From the NCBI GenBank assembly GCA_963797715.1, contig CAWCQS010000010.1:27271-91270 (forward strand): a stretch of DNA of 64,000 bases, in the 5' to 3' direction. The position numbers were made by a program, and so were the translations under genes. Below are positions 22,262 to 30,789 of the stretch, in pieces. This DNA is from an uncultured Acidobacteriota bacterium (GTDB taxonomy: Bacteria; Acidobacteriota; Vicinamibacteria; Vicinamibacterales; 2-12-FULL-66-21). The notes beneath the pieces are model-generated. The model saw only the letters and a program-made list of their open reading frames with translations, was not told the DNA's origin and did no database searches. Numbering within the stretch: the first letter of the stretch is position 1; every line of letters begins with the position of its first letter.

Positions 22262-22816
22262 TTACTGCGAGCGCCCGACCTTGACGAGCAGTGACTCGTA
22301 ATACGTGACGTCGATGGTGTCGCCGACCTTCACGCTCTGAAGCTGCGTCGGATCGCGCACCATCATCGTCTCGACCCGGCCTTTCGGCCCCTTGACCGTA
22401 ATCGAAGGCACCTTGGGATCGATCGCGGTGACGGTAACCGGGAATGTTTGCTCCCGTCGCGTTTCCGACCCCGGTGTCCCCTCTTTCCTCTGCGTCACCG
22501 TCGTCGGCGCTGCGGTTGGATCTGGATCACCGGGCTTGCGGACGCGCACGGCCACCGCCTCCATATACGTCGCGCTCACGACATCGCCGACCTTCAGGGT
22601 GCGGAAGCCCTCCATGTCGGCGGGCGCTTTGACGTCGACGCTGTCAGCCCCGGCCCGCTTCAGTCTCACGATGCGATTCTCCCGATCGATGGCCTCGATT
22701 CTGGCGGTGACGGTCACGGGCCGGGATTCAGGGACCGACACCTGCGCGGCGGCGCCAGGCGATGGAGCCACACCTGACAGCACCGCAGCCAGGACCACAT
22801 TCGCGAACAGCGTCAT
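22262..22816 (-). CDS. Secreted hypothetical protein made of two homologous ~60-aa modules
   Basis: There is a signal peptide. PVTVTARIEAIDRENRIVRLK...LKVGDVVSATYMEAVAVRV is repeated as PVTVTAIDPKVPSITVKGP...VKVGDTIDVTYYESLLVKV. I recognise no family. Confidence 0.65.
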   Translation of the reverse strand: MTLFANVVLAAVLSGVAPSPGAAAQVSVPESRPVTVTARIEAIDRENRIVRLKRAGADSVDVKAPADMEGFRTLKVGDVVSATYMEAVAVRVRKPGDPDPTAAPTTVTQRKEGTPGSETRREQTFPVTVTAIDPKVPSITVKGPKGRVETMMVRDPTQLQSVKVGDTIDVTYYESLLVKVGRSQ

Positions 22817-22851
22817 GAGTCAGACCCTCCTGACCCCACAGTCTACGCCAA

Positions 22852-22899
22852 CAGCTCTCGGCTCTCAGCCTTCAGGTGTATCAGCTGTCAGCTGTCAGC
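22852..22899. repeat. Heptanucleotide array CAGCTCT CGGCTCT CAGCCTT CAGGTGT .. CAGCTGT CAGCTGT CAGC
   Basis: Read directly from the sequence. It lies between the ADOP stop (22931) and the start of the 184-aa gene (22816). Confidence 0.7.
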
Positions 22900-22930
22900 G
22901 AAAAGGGCGACGAACGCCAAATCTAGAGAC

Positions 22931-25532
22931 TCACTCGCGCAGAATGCTGGCTGGGTCGAGTCGAGCCGCTCGCCGGCCCGGCGCGACACAGGCGATCGCG
23001 GCAAGCGCCACGAGCGTGATCGCTACCGCGATCATCATGCGCGGATCGGTCGGGCTGATGCCGAAGACCACGCTCGTCAGAAATCGCCCGCTGAGAAACG
23101 CGACGCCCAGGCCGATGGCCACGCCCAGGACGACGAGCTGCATGCCCTGCAGCACGACCATGCGGCGAACGTGCGAAGGCTCGCCGCCAAGCGCAAGGCG
23201 AATGCCGATGTCGCGCAGGTGCTGCTCGACGAAGTGCGCCATCACGCCGTAGATGCCGACAACCGACAGCAGCAGGGCCGCCAGCGCAAAGACGCCGACG
23301 AGCACCGTCAAATAGCGAGGAGCTGCAAGCGACGTTGTCACCAGGTCATCACCCGTCGCGACCTGCGTGAGCGCGAGTCCTGGATCGAGGTCGCGAACGG
23401 CGGCGCGGAGATCTCCTGCTGACTGGGCTGGATCTCCGGTTGTTCGCAACACGAAGTAGCCGTTCGGCATGTCGACGAACGGGAAGTAGACGGTACCGGT
23501 GTCGGGCGCGTCGAGACCCGTCCACTTGACGGTGCCAACCACTCCAACCACGGTCGTCCACGGACAGGACGTGCAACCACCGCTCTTCAGCCTCCGGCCC
23601 AGCACCTCGGTACCTGGGAAGAAGCGATCGGCCCACGCTCGATCGACAACGATCACATCGTCCTCGAGGGAACGCTCGTCGAGCAATCGTCCACGTTCGA
23701 GACGGAGGTCGACGGTGTCGAAATAGGCCGGCGATACACCGACCCAGGTGCTCAGCGGCTGATTCTGCCCCGGCGGCGTCGGATGGTCCTCGAGATCGAA
23801 GTTGTTGGTTTGGCCGGCTTCGCTCGGCGGACGGCTGTCGGCAATCGCCGCGGCGCGGACGCCGGGCAGCGTCTTCATCCGCTCGAGCGAGCGCTCCCAG
23901 AACGCCCGGCGATCCGACTCGCTGGCATAACCGGGCCCCGACAGCGACACGGCCGCTGTCAGCACGTGAGCGGTTTCCACGCCGACATTCACTCGGCTCA
24001 GACGGTCGAGGCTGACGAGGACGAGCAGCGCCGCTACGAGCAACGGCGTGGCGAGTGCGAACTGCCCCGCCACCAGCGCGCGACGAACGCGCCGCGCGGC
24101 CGGGCCATCCGTGGTCGAACGCGTGCCCGACCGCAGAGCCCGATCGAGCTTGAGCCACGAACCGTAGACCGCGGGCACGAATCCGCCAACGAGAATCGTG
24201 AGGCCGCTGGCCATGCCCAACACGACCAGCCAGCCGATCACCGCGGGCGACAAGCGGATCTCATCGACGCGTGGAATGTATGACTCGCCGTACTGACGGT
24301 ACGAGCCCGATCGCTGCAATGGCCACGAACATGCCGACGACAGCTGCCCCGAGGGTGAGCACGCCACTTTCGGCAATCAGACTCTGAATCAGGCGGCCGC
24401 GCGAGGCGCCAAGCGCACTACGAATGGCGAGCTCGCGACCGCGACCGAGCGCGCGAGAGATCAACAGGTTGATGGCGTTGGCGCAGGCAATGAATAACAC
24501 GCACGCCACGGCGCCGAGCGAGACGAGGAGCGTCGAGCCGATATCGCCGATGACGCGATCTTTCAGGTCGACGAGACCCCACGTCGCCTTTTCGTCCTGG
24601 TAGGACGATTTCCACATCGGGAACAGGCGCCGGTTCGTCGCCCGCAACGCATCGAGCGCAACCGGCTTCGAGGCGCCAGGCGCGAGACGGCCGATGGCCA
24701 TCGTGAAGAACGGGCCCTTGCGTTTCGGCGGCGGCCAGCGGGCGGCCGTAAAGAGCGCCACGTTTCGCTCGAGCGGCCCCACCGCTCGTTGCAGCACGCC
24801 GACGATCGTGTAGCTCCTGCCGTCGACGCTGATCGAGCGGCCGAGCACACGTGGATCGCTCGCGAAATGGCTGGCCCAATACGCCGCGGTCAGCACCGCG
24901 ACGGCATCGTTACGCGTGTCGTCGCTGGCGTCGAACAGGCGGCCGATGAGCGGCGCCTGGCCGAGCAACGGGAAATAGGATCCGGTGACCGACTTCGCCG
25001 TGGCGCGCTCGGCGCGTCCGCCGTCGCTGACCGTCACGCTGCTCGTTTGGTACGCCGCGACGCCGCTGAACGTCGGATGCTCCGCCTCGAGCGCACGATA
25101 GTCAACGACCGAAAACCTGAATCGGTACGGTGGATTATCGGTGTAGATCCAGTACAGATTCCCTGCGTCCGTGTACGGAAGTGGCTTGATCAACACCGCT
25201 CGGATCACACCAATCATTGCCGTCGTCGCGCCGAGGCCGAGACCGACGGTAATGATGATGGTTGCCGCGACGGTAGGCGTCCGGCCGAGACTGCGCGCGC
25301 TATACAGGGCGTCGCGCCAGAGACTCGGGATGACGCCCACCGCGTCACCGGCTGCCGCGCGCACGCGGTCCGCGAGCACGTGCAGCGGGTAGACGAGGTG
25401 CTGACGCCGCAGCCATCGCGCCGCGGCTCGTTCGCCGTGCTCCCGCCGTCGCAGCTCGTAGAGCTCGGCCAGATCGCTCTCAACCGCGCGTCGATCGGTT
25501 TCGTTCAGGAGGAGTCGCAGCAGCCAGCGCAT
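22931..25532 (-). pseudogene. ADOP-family permease with a third type of N-terminal prefix; one frame break near 24300
   Basis: ORF 24261..25532 (MRWLLRLLLNETDRRAVESDLAELYELRRREHG.., TM TVAATIIITVGLGLGATTAMIGVI, first FtsX module) loses sense after ..VAIAAIGL. ORF 22931..24376 continues with YRQYGESYIPRVDEIRLSP.. to ..APGRRAARLDPASILRE. Confidence 0.85.
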
Positions 25533-25536
25533 GTGG

Positions 25537-25863
25537 TTACGCCCTGTGTGTGCGCAGCAGGCGGTCGAGGCCCCGCCAGAGCCGCGCGTGTTCGAGACGC
25601 GTTTCTTTGACGATGCTGATGCCCTGCCTGGTTAGCTTGAAGTAACGGCGGGCGCGCCCGCCATCGCGCTCGTCGAGCCGCGAGGCCACCAGCCCCTTGC
25701 GCTCGAGACGGCTGAGGGCGATGAAGACAGCGGCCTGTGACACCGAGCGTTCCATCCGCTTTTCGAGCGCGACGACGAGCGGCACGCTGTAGGTCTCCCC
25801 GCCCTCGCGCAGCATCGCGAGGAGCACGTGGAGCTCGAAGTGCTGAAGAGTCTGCTTACTCAT
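25537..25863 (-). CDS. PadR family transcriptional regulator, first gene of the PadR-ADOP operon
   Basis: The 108-aa protein reads FELHVLLAMLREGGETYSVPLVVALEKRMERSVSQAAVFIALSRLERKGLVASRLDERDGGRARRYFKLTRQG (winged helix). Its stop lies 4 nt before the ADOP start at 25532. Confidence 0.9.
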   Translation of the reverse strand: MSKQTLQHFELHVLLAMLREGGETYSVPLVVALEKRMERSVSQAAVFIALSRLERKGLVASRLDERDGGRARRYFKLTRQGISIVKETRLEHARLWRGLDRLLRTHRA

Positions 25864-25883
25864 ACGGATGATTGCCGGACACT

Positions 25884-25954
25884 CACTAACGACGTTAGTG
25901 GTGATGGTGCGCCAGCCGTCGCGCTGATGTCAATAGCAGCGTTAGTGACATCAG
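25884..25954. promoter_or_regulatory. Candidate PadR operators in the padR/helicase divergent spacer
   Basis: CACTAACG-A-CGTTAGTG is a 17-bp palindrome at 25884..25900. CTGATGTCA (25924..25932) pairs with TGACATCAG (25946..25954), and a further CGTTAGTG half-site sits between the arms. Confidence 0.45.
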
Positions 25955-26030
25955 GCGGCGGGCAGCCCCGTGGCGCGCTTCCCGGTTGCTCGTGCGACCA
26001 GCCCTCCGGAGCGGTACTATGTGACGAGCA

Positions 26031-27719
26031 ATGCCCAACCGCACACCCGCCAAGACGTCCGCCGCCGGATTTGCCGCGCTCGGACTCGACCAGGCCATCC
26101 TCGACGCCGTCGCCTCGCTCGGCTACGAGGAGCCGACGCCCGTTCAGCGCGAGACGATTCCGCTCCTCCTCGACGGCCGCGACTTGTTGGCGCAGGCCGC
26201 CACCGGCACCGGGAAGACGGCCGCATTTGCGCTCCCTTTGCTCGATCGCATTTCGCGGCTCCCGGCCGAGGACCAGCGTCGGACCAACGGCCTCGTCCTG
26301 GTGCCGACGCGCGAGTTGGCGATGCAGGTCGCCGAGGCCGTGCACAAATACGCCCGCGGCAGCCGCCTGTCGGTCGTGCCTCTCTACGGCGGCGCGCCGA
26401 TGCTGCAGCAGATCCGCGCGCTCGAGCGCGGCGCCCACGTCGTCGTCGCCACGCCTGGCCGGGCGCTCGACCACATCAGGCGTGGCACGCTGAAACTGAG
26501 CCGCCTCGACGTCCTGATTCTCGACGAGGCCGACGAGATGCTGGACATGGGCTTCGCCGAAGACCTCGACGCCATCCTCGAGGCTACGCCACGCGAACGC
26601 CAGACGGCGCTCTTCTCGGCGACGATGCCGGCGCGCATCCTGTCGATTGCCGAACGGCACCTGAAGAACCCGACGCGCCTGGCCATCGCGCGCGAGGCGC
26701 CGGGCAAGGTGCCGCGCGTCCGCCAGGTCGCGTATATCGTCGCTCGCGCGCACAAACCGGCGTCGCTCGAGCGCGTGCTCGAGACGGAGAATCCCGACTC
26801 CGCGCTGGTCTTCTGCCGCACCCGCCTCGAGGTCGATACGCTGGTCGAGATGCTCAACGCTCACGGTCACCGCGCCGAGGCACTGCACGGCGGCATGGAA
26901 CAGCGCCAGCGCGACCGTGTCATGGCGCGCTTTCGCGACGGACAGGTCGACCTGCTCGTCGCGACAGACGTCGCGGCGCGCGGGCTCGACATCGAGCGGC
27001 TGTCGCACGTCATCAACTACGACGTGCCAGCCTCGGCCGAGAGTTACGTTCACCGCATCGGGCGCACGGGCCGTGCCGGCCGTGGCGGGACAGCCATTAC
27101 GCTCGCCGAGCCGCGCGAACACCGTCTGCTGCGCGCGATGGAAGCGGCAACGCGACAGAAAATCGACGTCGCGCCGATTCCGACCGTCGCCGATCTCCGC
27201 GCTCGTCGGCTCGAGATCACGAAGGCGTCGCTGCGCGAGCGACTTCTGGCTGGCAATCTCGATCACACGCGCGTGGTCGTCGAGGCCCTGGCCAACGAGT
27301 TCGACATTGTCGATATCGCCGCCGCGGCGGTTCAACTGGCACACAGTGCTGCCGGCGGCGACGGCGACGACCATGAGATTCCGGCGCCGGCGCCACCGTC
27401 GATGACAGCCGCCCCACAGAAGCGCGCACTGAAGTCGGCACGCGGCCGTTTGCCGGACGAACGATCGAAGCGGCCATCCGACGACGACATGATTCGCTTG
27501 TTCGTGGGCGCGGGACGGCGGGCGGGCCTGCGGCCGGGCGATCTCGTCGGCGCGATCACCGGCGAGGTCGGCATCCAGTCCCGGTCGATCGGCGCAATCG
27601 AGATCAACGACGGCTTCTCGCTCGTCGAAGTGCCAGAAAGGCTGGCCGACGACGTCATCGACGCGTTGCGGGCCACTAAGATTCGCGGCCTGAAGGTCAC
27701 TGTGCGCCGGGAGCGGTGA
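26031..27719 (+). CDS. DEAD-box ATP-dependent RNA helicase with DbpA-like C-terminal RNA-binding domain
   Basis: Q motif (GYEEPTPVQ), AATGTGKT, PTRELA, DEADEML, SAT, HGGMEQRQRD, ARGLD and HRIGRTGRAG motifs are present. The C-terminus GAIEINDGFSLVEVPERLADDVIDAL is DbpA-like. Confidence 0.9.
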   Translation: MPNRTPAKTSAAGFAALGLDQAILDAVASLGYEEPTPVQRETIPLLLDGRDLLAQAATGTGKTAAFALPLLDRISRLPAEDQRRTNGLVLVPTRELAMQVAEAVHKYARGSRLSVVPLYGGAPMLQQIRALERGAHVVVATPGRALDHIRRGTLKLSRLDVLILDEADEMLDMGFAEDLDAILEATPRERQTALFSATMPARILSIAERHLKNPTRLAIAREAPGKVPRVRQVAYIVARAHKPASLERVLETENPDSALVFCRTRLEVDTLVEMLNAHGHRAEALHGGMEQRQRDRVMARFRDGQVDLLVATDVAARGLDIERLSHVINYDVPASAESYVHRIGRTGRAGRGGTAITLAEPREHRLLRAMEAATRQKIDVAPIPTVADLRARRLEITKASLRERLLAGNLDHTRVVVEALANEFDIVDIAAAAVQLAHSAAGGDGDDHEIPAPAPPSMTAAPQKRALKSARGRLPDERSKRPSDDDMIRLFVGAGRRAGLRPGDLVGAITGEVGIQSRSIGAIEINDGFSLVEVPERLADDVIDALRATKIRGLKVTVRRER

Positions 27720-27820
27720 TCAACGCCGACCTCCGGCTTCCAGTTCCCCGCCAGGTCGCTCCAGGTTCTGCTCGTGCCGACGGGCTTTGCGCCCGATCGC
27801 AGACGCATCGAAGAACCGTA

Positions 27821-28160
27821 CGATGTCGCAACGAGGCTGGCTGGCCCGGGCCGTCTCCGCTCGCCGGGAACGCGACCTACGCTCGTATCCTGCCGCTGCC
27901 GCGTCGTGTAGGTGGTGACGTGTAGAGCCGTGATCAGGCGCCCTCGGACCGCCGCAGCTACTCGTCAACGGCGCGGATCACACGGACGGAACACGACGCG
28001 CGGAATCGCTCCGGCCGCGTTCCCGCTGCGCAGCGTGCTCGGCTCGCTCCACGGCCCTGGCCAGCCAGCCTCGTTGTGACATCGCAGAGTACGCCGAACG
28101 TTCGTTGCGCGCTCGGGCACCGGAGCGAAGCGGTCGGATCGGCCGACTCTGAGCGCCGTG
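27821..28160. repeat. Inverted pair of a ~100-nt element; 34-bp arms at 27821..27854 and 28051..28084 (32/34 identical), with the right copy extending to ~28160
   Basis: The left arm is CGATGTCGCAACGAGGCTGGCTGGCCCGGGCCGT. The reverse complement of the right arm is CGATGTCACAACGAGGCTGGCTGGCCAGGGCCGT. Weaker similarity (CGGGAACGCGRCC) continues inward. Confidence 0.8.
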
Positions 28161-28325
28161 ACAGCGAAGGCACTAAACCAGACCCGTAGCGGTACCGATC
28201 GGCGGCGGCGCAGTTTCGTCTCAGGCGGTCACTCGGCTTCGTTGCTGAACCGATGCTTTACCGGCATCCGGCAAACCCCAGCCGACGCCGCATCGTCAGG
28301 TCCTCCCGCGGAGGGCCTGGTTTTC

Positions 28326-28420
28326 CACGGCGCGAAGCGGAGCGCCGAGCCGACCGTTTCGCTCCGGCGGATGTCGGTGCGCGCCAGTCGATCGTCGACA
28401 ACTGCGATGTCGCAACGAGC
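28326..28420 (-). repeat. Third, diverged copy of the same element
   Basis: It shares CTCGTTGCGACATCGCAG (28402..28420), CCGGAGCGAAACGGTCGGCTCGGC (28345..28368, versus CCGGAGCGAAGCGGTCGGATCGGC at 28120..28143) and GCGCCGTG with the right-hand copy, in the same order. Confidence 0.6.
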
Positions 28421-28534
28421 CAACTGCGAATTCGTCGAACATGCACAACGCCACCCACTGCACGTTACCTCACACGTCAGAGGTTCTTTCGCGCAGAATG
28501 CGATCGTCGCAAGTGTCCGGGAAGATGGAGCTTT

Positions 28535-28580
28535 CAGCTTTTACCAGCTGACAGCTGATAGCTCAGAGCTGAGAGCTGAC
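28535..28580. repeat. Heptanucleotide array CAGCTGA CAGCTGA TAGCTCA GAGCTGA GAGCTGA
   Basis: Read directly from the sequence. It is followed by the small palindrome TGACGT-n9-ACGTCA (28576..28597), about 50 nt upstream of the histidine kinase start. Confidence 0.7.
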
Positions 28581-28644
28581 GTTATCTTCGGACGTCAAGC
28601 CTGAGCGTTGCATCGGCCCCCGCCGCGCGCTAGTATTCGCGCAC

Positions 28645-30789
28645 GTGCGCAGCCGGGGCCTCTGGATCACTTCACTTGCACTTGCTCTCGGGCCTGTCGC
28701 AGCCTTCGGGCAGACCCCTGCCCCCCGCCCGACCCTGCCGCTCCTGACGACGATCAAAGCAATTCGCTCGCTGTCGCAGGACGAGGGCGCCCGGGGTTAC
28801 TTCGTACGCGTGCGCGGGATCGTGACGCATTTCGATGAGCAGGCCGACACCGGCTTGATCATCCACGATGGCCAGCTCGGTCAGTACGTGATGGACCCCG
28901 ACCCGAAGGCGAGCATTTCGATCTGGGCGGACCTCCAGCAGGGAGACACGATCGAAATCGAAGGCCGCACCGCGCGCGGAGGGTTTGCGCCAAACATCAT
29001 CCCAACGGGTGTGCGGCGGCTTGGCCACACCCAGCCGCCCGAGGCGAAACACATCAGCTTTCAATCGATGCAGACGGGTCGCCACGACTGCGACTACGTC
29101 GAGATCGAAGGGGTGATCCAGCGGGCATGGCGGTCGCCGGACCCCAACATGAACACGCTCTTCGCCGACGTCGCCTACGAAGATGGCGTGCTTCGGACGA
29201 CGTTCTGGGCCTACAAGCCTGACGACTTCGAGCGCTTCATCGACGCGCGGGTGAGGCTGCGCGGCAACGTCGGCACGCTCTTCGGAGCGACGGCGCAACT
29301 GCGCGGCGTGTCCCTGTTCGCCGGCCGCACGTCCGACATGGAGTTGCTCGAATCGCCTCCAGATCCGTTCCGGATGCCCGTCCGCTCGATCACGAGCCTG
29401 TACAACTATTCAGCCGGTGGCGAGGTGAGGCGCCGCATCCGAATCAGCGGCGTGGTTACCGGCTATGTTCCGGGTCGGCCGATCGAAGTCAGCGACTACA
29501 CGAGCACCGCGCGATTTCGCTACCTCAAGCACGTCATCTATGTAGACGATGGCTCGGGTGGCGCCCGCATTGAGACCGAGCAACCGCTCCGTGTGCGGCC
29601 GGGCACGCTGATCGAAGTGGCCGGGTTCCCAACCGTCACGCCTGGCAAACCGATTCTGACCAACGCCATCTTCCGGGTGTCGGGCGAAGGACGGCAGCCA
29701 GCCCCAGCCACCGTGCAAGCCGACGGCGTGCTGACGCCGGACAACGACGCCACGCTCGTGCGCATGGAGGGCCGTTTCCTGAGCATGCTCACGAACCCGA
29801 ACGAGCGGAGCTTGATCGTCAGGATTGGCGAGACGGTGTTCGACGCGAACCTCGAGGCCGATGCGGCCACGCCCGCGGTCGAAAACATTCGTCCCGGAAG
29901 CCTGGTCTCCGTCACCGGTGTCTATTCCTATCAATCGGGTCCCCCGCCGGTGTTCCACCTCTTCCTGCGCTCGGCCGATGACGTGCGGATCGTCTCGCAG
30001 GCGCCGTGGTGGACCCTCCGACATACGGCCGTCATGATCGTCATGCTGTCGTTTGTTGCCGGCGGCGCGGCGCTCTGGGTCCGCACGACTGCGAATCGCA
30101 AACGGCAGGAATACCAGGCGGTCCTCAGCGAGCGCATGCGGGTCGGCCGCGAGTTGCACGACACGTTCGAACAGGGCCTGGCGGGCATCGGCCTGCAGCT
30201 CGAGGCCGTCGCCGGAAGCCTGCAGACGTCACCGGAGGCCGCGCAAAAGTCGCTCGACGTCGCGCGCCACATGTTGCGCTACAGCCTCGAAGAGGCGCGG
30301 CGCTCGGTCATGGATCTGCGATCGCAGGCGCTCGAGAGCCGGGACCTCGCGGGCGCGCTCTCCGACATGGCGCGTCAGATGACGCAGAACACGTCGGCGC
30401 AGGCCGAGGTACGCGTGGAGGGCACGGTCGTCCGGCTCGACGCGTCGGAAGAGCACCACCTCCTCCGCATCGGCCTTGAAGCGCTGACGAACGCCATCAA
30501 GCACTCCGGCGCCAAGCGCATCACCATTACGTTGCGGTTCCGAACCGACGCAGTCGAGCTCGCGGTCGAGGACAACGGCTGCGGCATCGGTCATGGCTTG
30601 CCGGACAGCCCCGGTGGCCTGTTCGGGCTGCAGGGAATTCGCGAACGGGTCGACAAGCTCGGAGGCGTTCTGCATCTCGACAGCGGGCCCGGGTCCGGGA
30701 CGCTGCTGTCTGTGGTCGTGCCGATCGGGCCCGCCCGGCCGGGGCGACGCGACGCACATACGTTGGATGAATCATGGCGGACAAGCTGA
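28645..30789 (+). CDS. Sensor histidine kinase (HisKA_3/NarX-type core) with a large novel periplasmic domain
   Basis: GTG start and signal-like N-terminus, then ~430 periplasmic residues and TM WWTLRHTAVMIVMLSFVAGGAALWV. The H-box is RMRVGRELHDTFEQGLAGI. The ATPase motifs are EALTNAIKHSGA, VEDNGCGI and GLQGIRERV. Confidence 0.85.
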   Translation: MRSRGLWITSLALALGPVAAFGQTPAPRPTLPLLTTIKAIRSLSQDEGARGYFVRVRGIVTHFDEQADTGLIIHDGQLGQYVMDPDPKASISIWADLQQGDTIEIEGRTARGGFAPNIIPTGVRRLGHTQPPEAKHISFQSMQTGRHDCDYVEIEGVIQRAWRSPDPNMNTLFADVAYEDGVLRTTFWAYKPDDFERFIDARVRLRGNVGTLFGATAQLRGVSLFAGRTSDMELLESPPDPFRMPVRSITSLYNYSAGGEVRRRIRISGVVTGYVPGRPIEVSDYTSTARFRYLKHVIYVDDGSGGARIETEQPLRVRPGTLIEVAGFPTVTPGKPILTNAIFRVSGEGRQPAPATVQADGVLTPDNDATLVRMEGRFLSMLTNPNERSLIVRIGETVFDANLEADAATPAVENIRPGSLVSVTGVYSYQSGPPPVFHLFLRSADDVRIVSQAPWWTLRHTAVMIVMLSFVAGGAALWVRTTANRKRQEYQAVLSERMRVGRELHDTFEQGLAGIGLQLEAVAGSLQTSPEAAQKSLDVARHMLRYSLEEARRSVMDLRSQALESRDLAGALSDMARQMTQNTSAQAEVRVEGTVVRLDASEEHHLLRIGLEALTNAIKHSGAKRITITLRFRTDAVELAVEDNGCGIGHGLPDSPGGLFGLQGIRERVDKLGGVLHLDSGPGSGTLLSVVVPIGPARPGRRDAHTLDESWRTS

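Noticed and set aside
27821-28084. The 264-bp unit bounded by 34-bp inverted repeats as a bona fide MITE
   Set aside because: There is no target-site duplication (flanks ..CCGTA and CAGAG..), no transposase in the window, and the third copy is not bounded the same way. I keep it only as one hypothesis in the findings.
28545-28600. tRNA-like string GATAGCTCAGAGCTGAGAGC
   Set aside because: It resembles a D-arm, but it is part of the heptamer array. The would-be anticodon stem has a 9-nt loop, and there is no T-arm (GTTCRANNC) or acceptor pairing.
28158-28604. 148-aa ORF in the 0.9-kb gap as a real gene
   Set aside because: It has no start context and no recognisable motif. It runs through the repeat copies and the heptamer array (..FYQLTADSSELRADV), and its composition is typical of non-coding GC-rich DNA.
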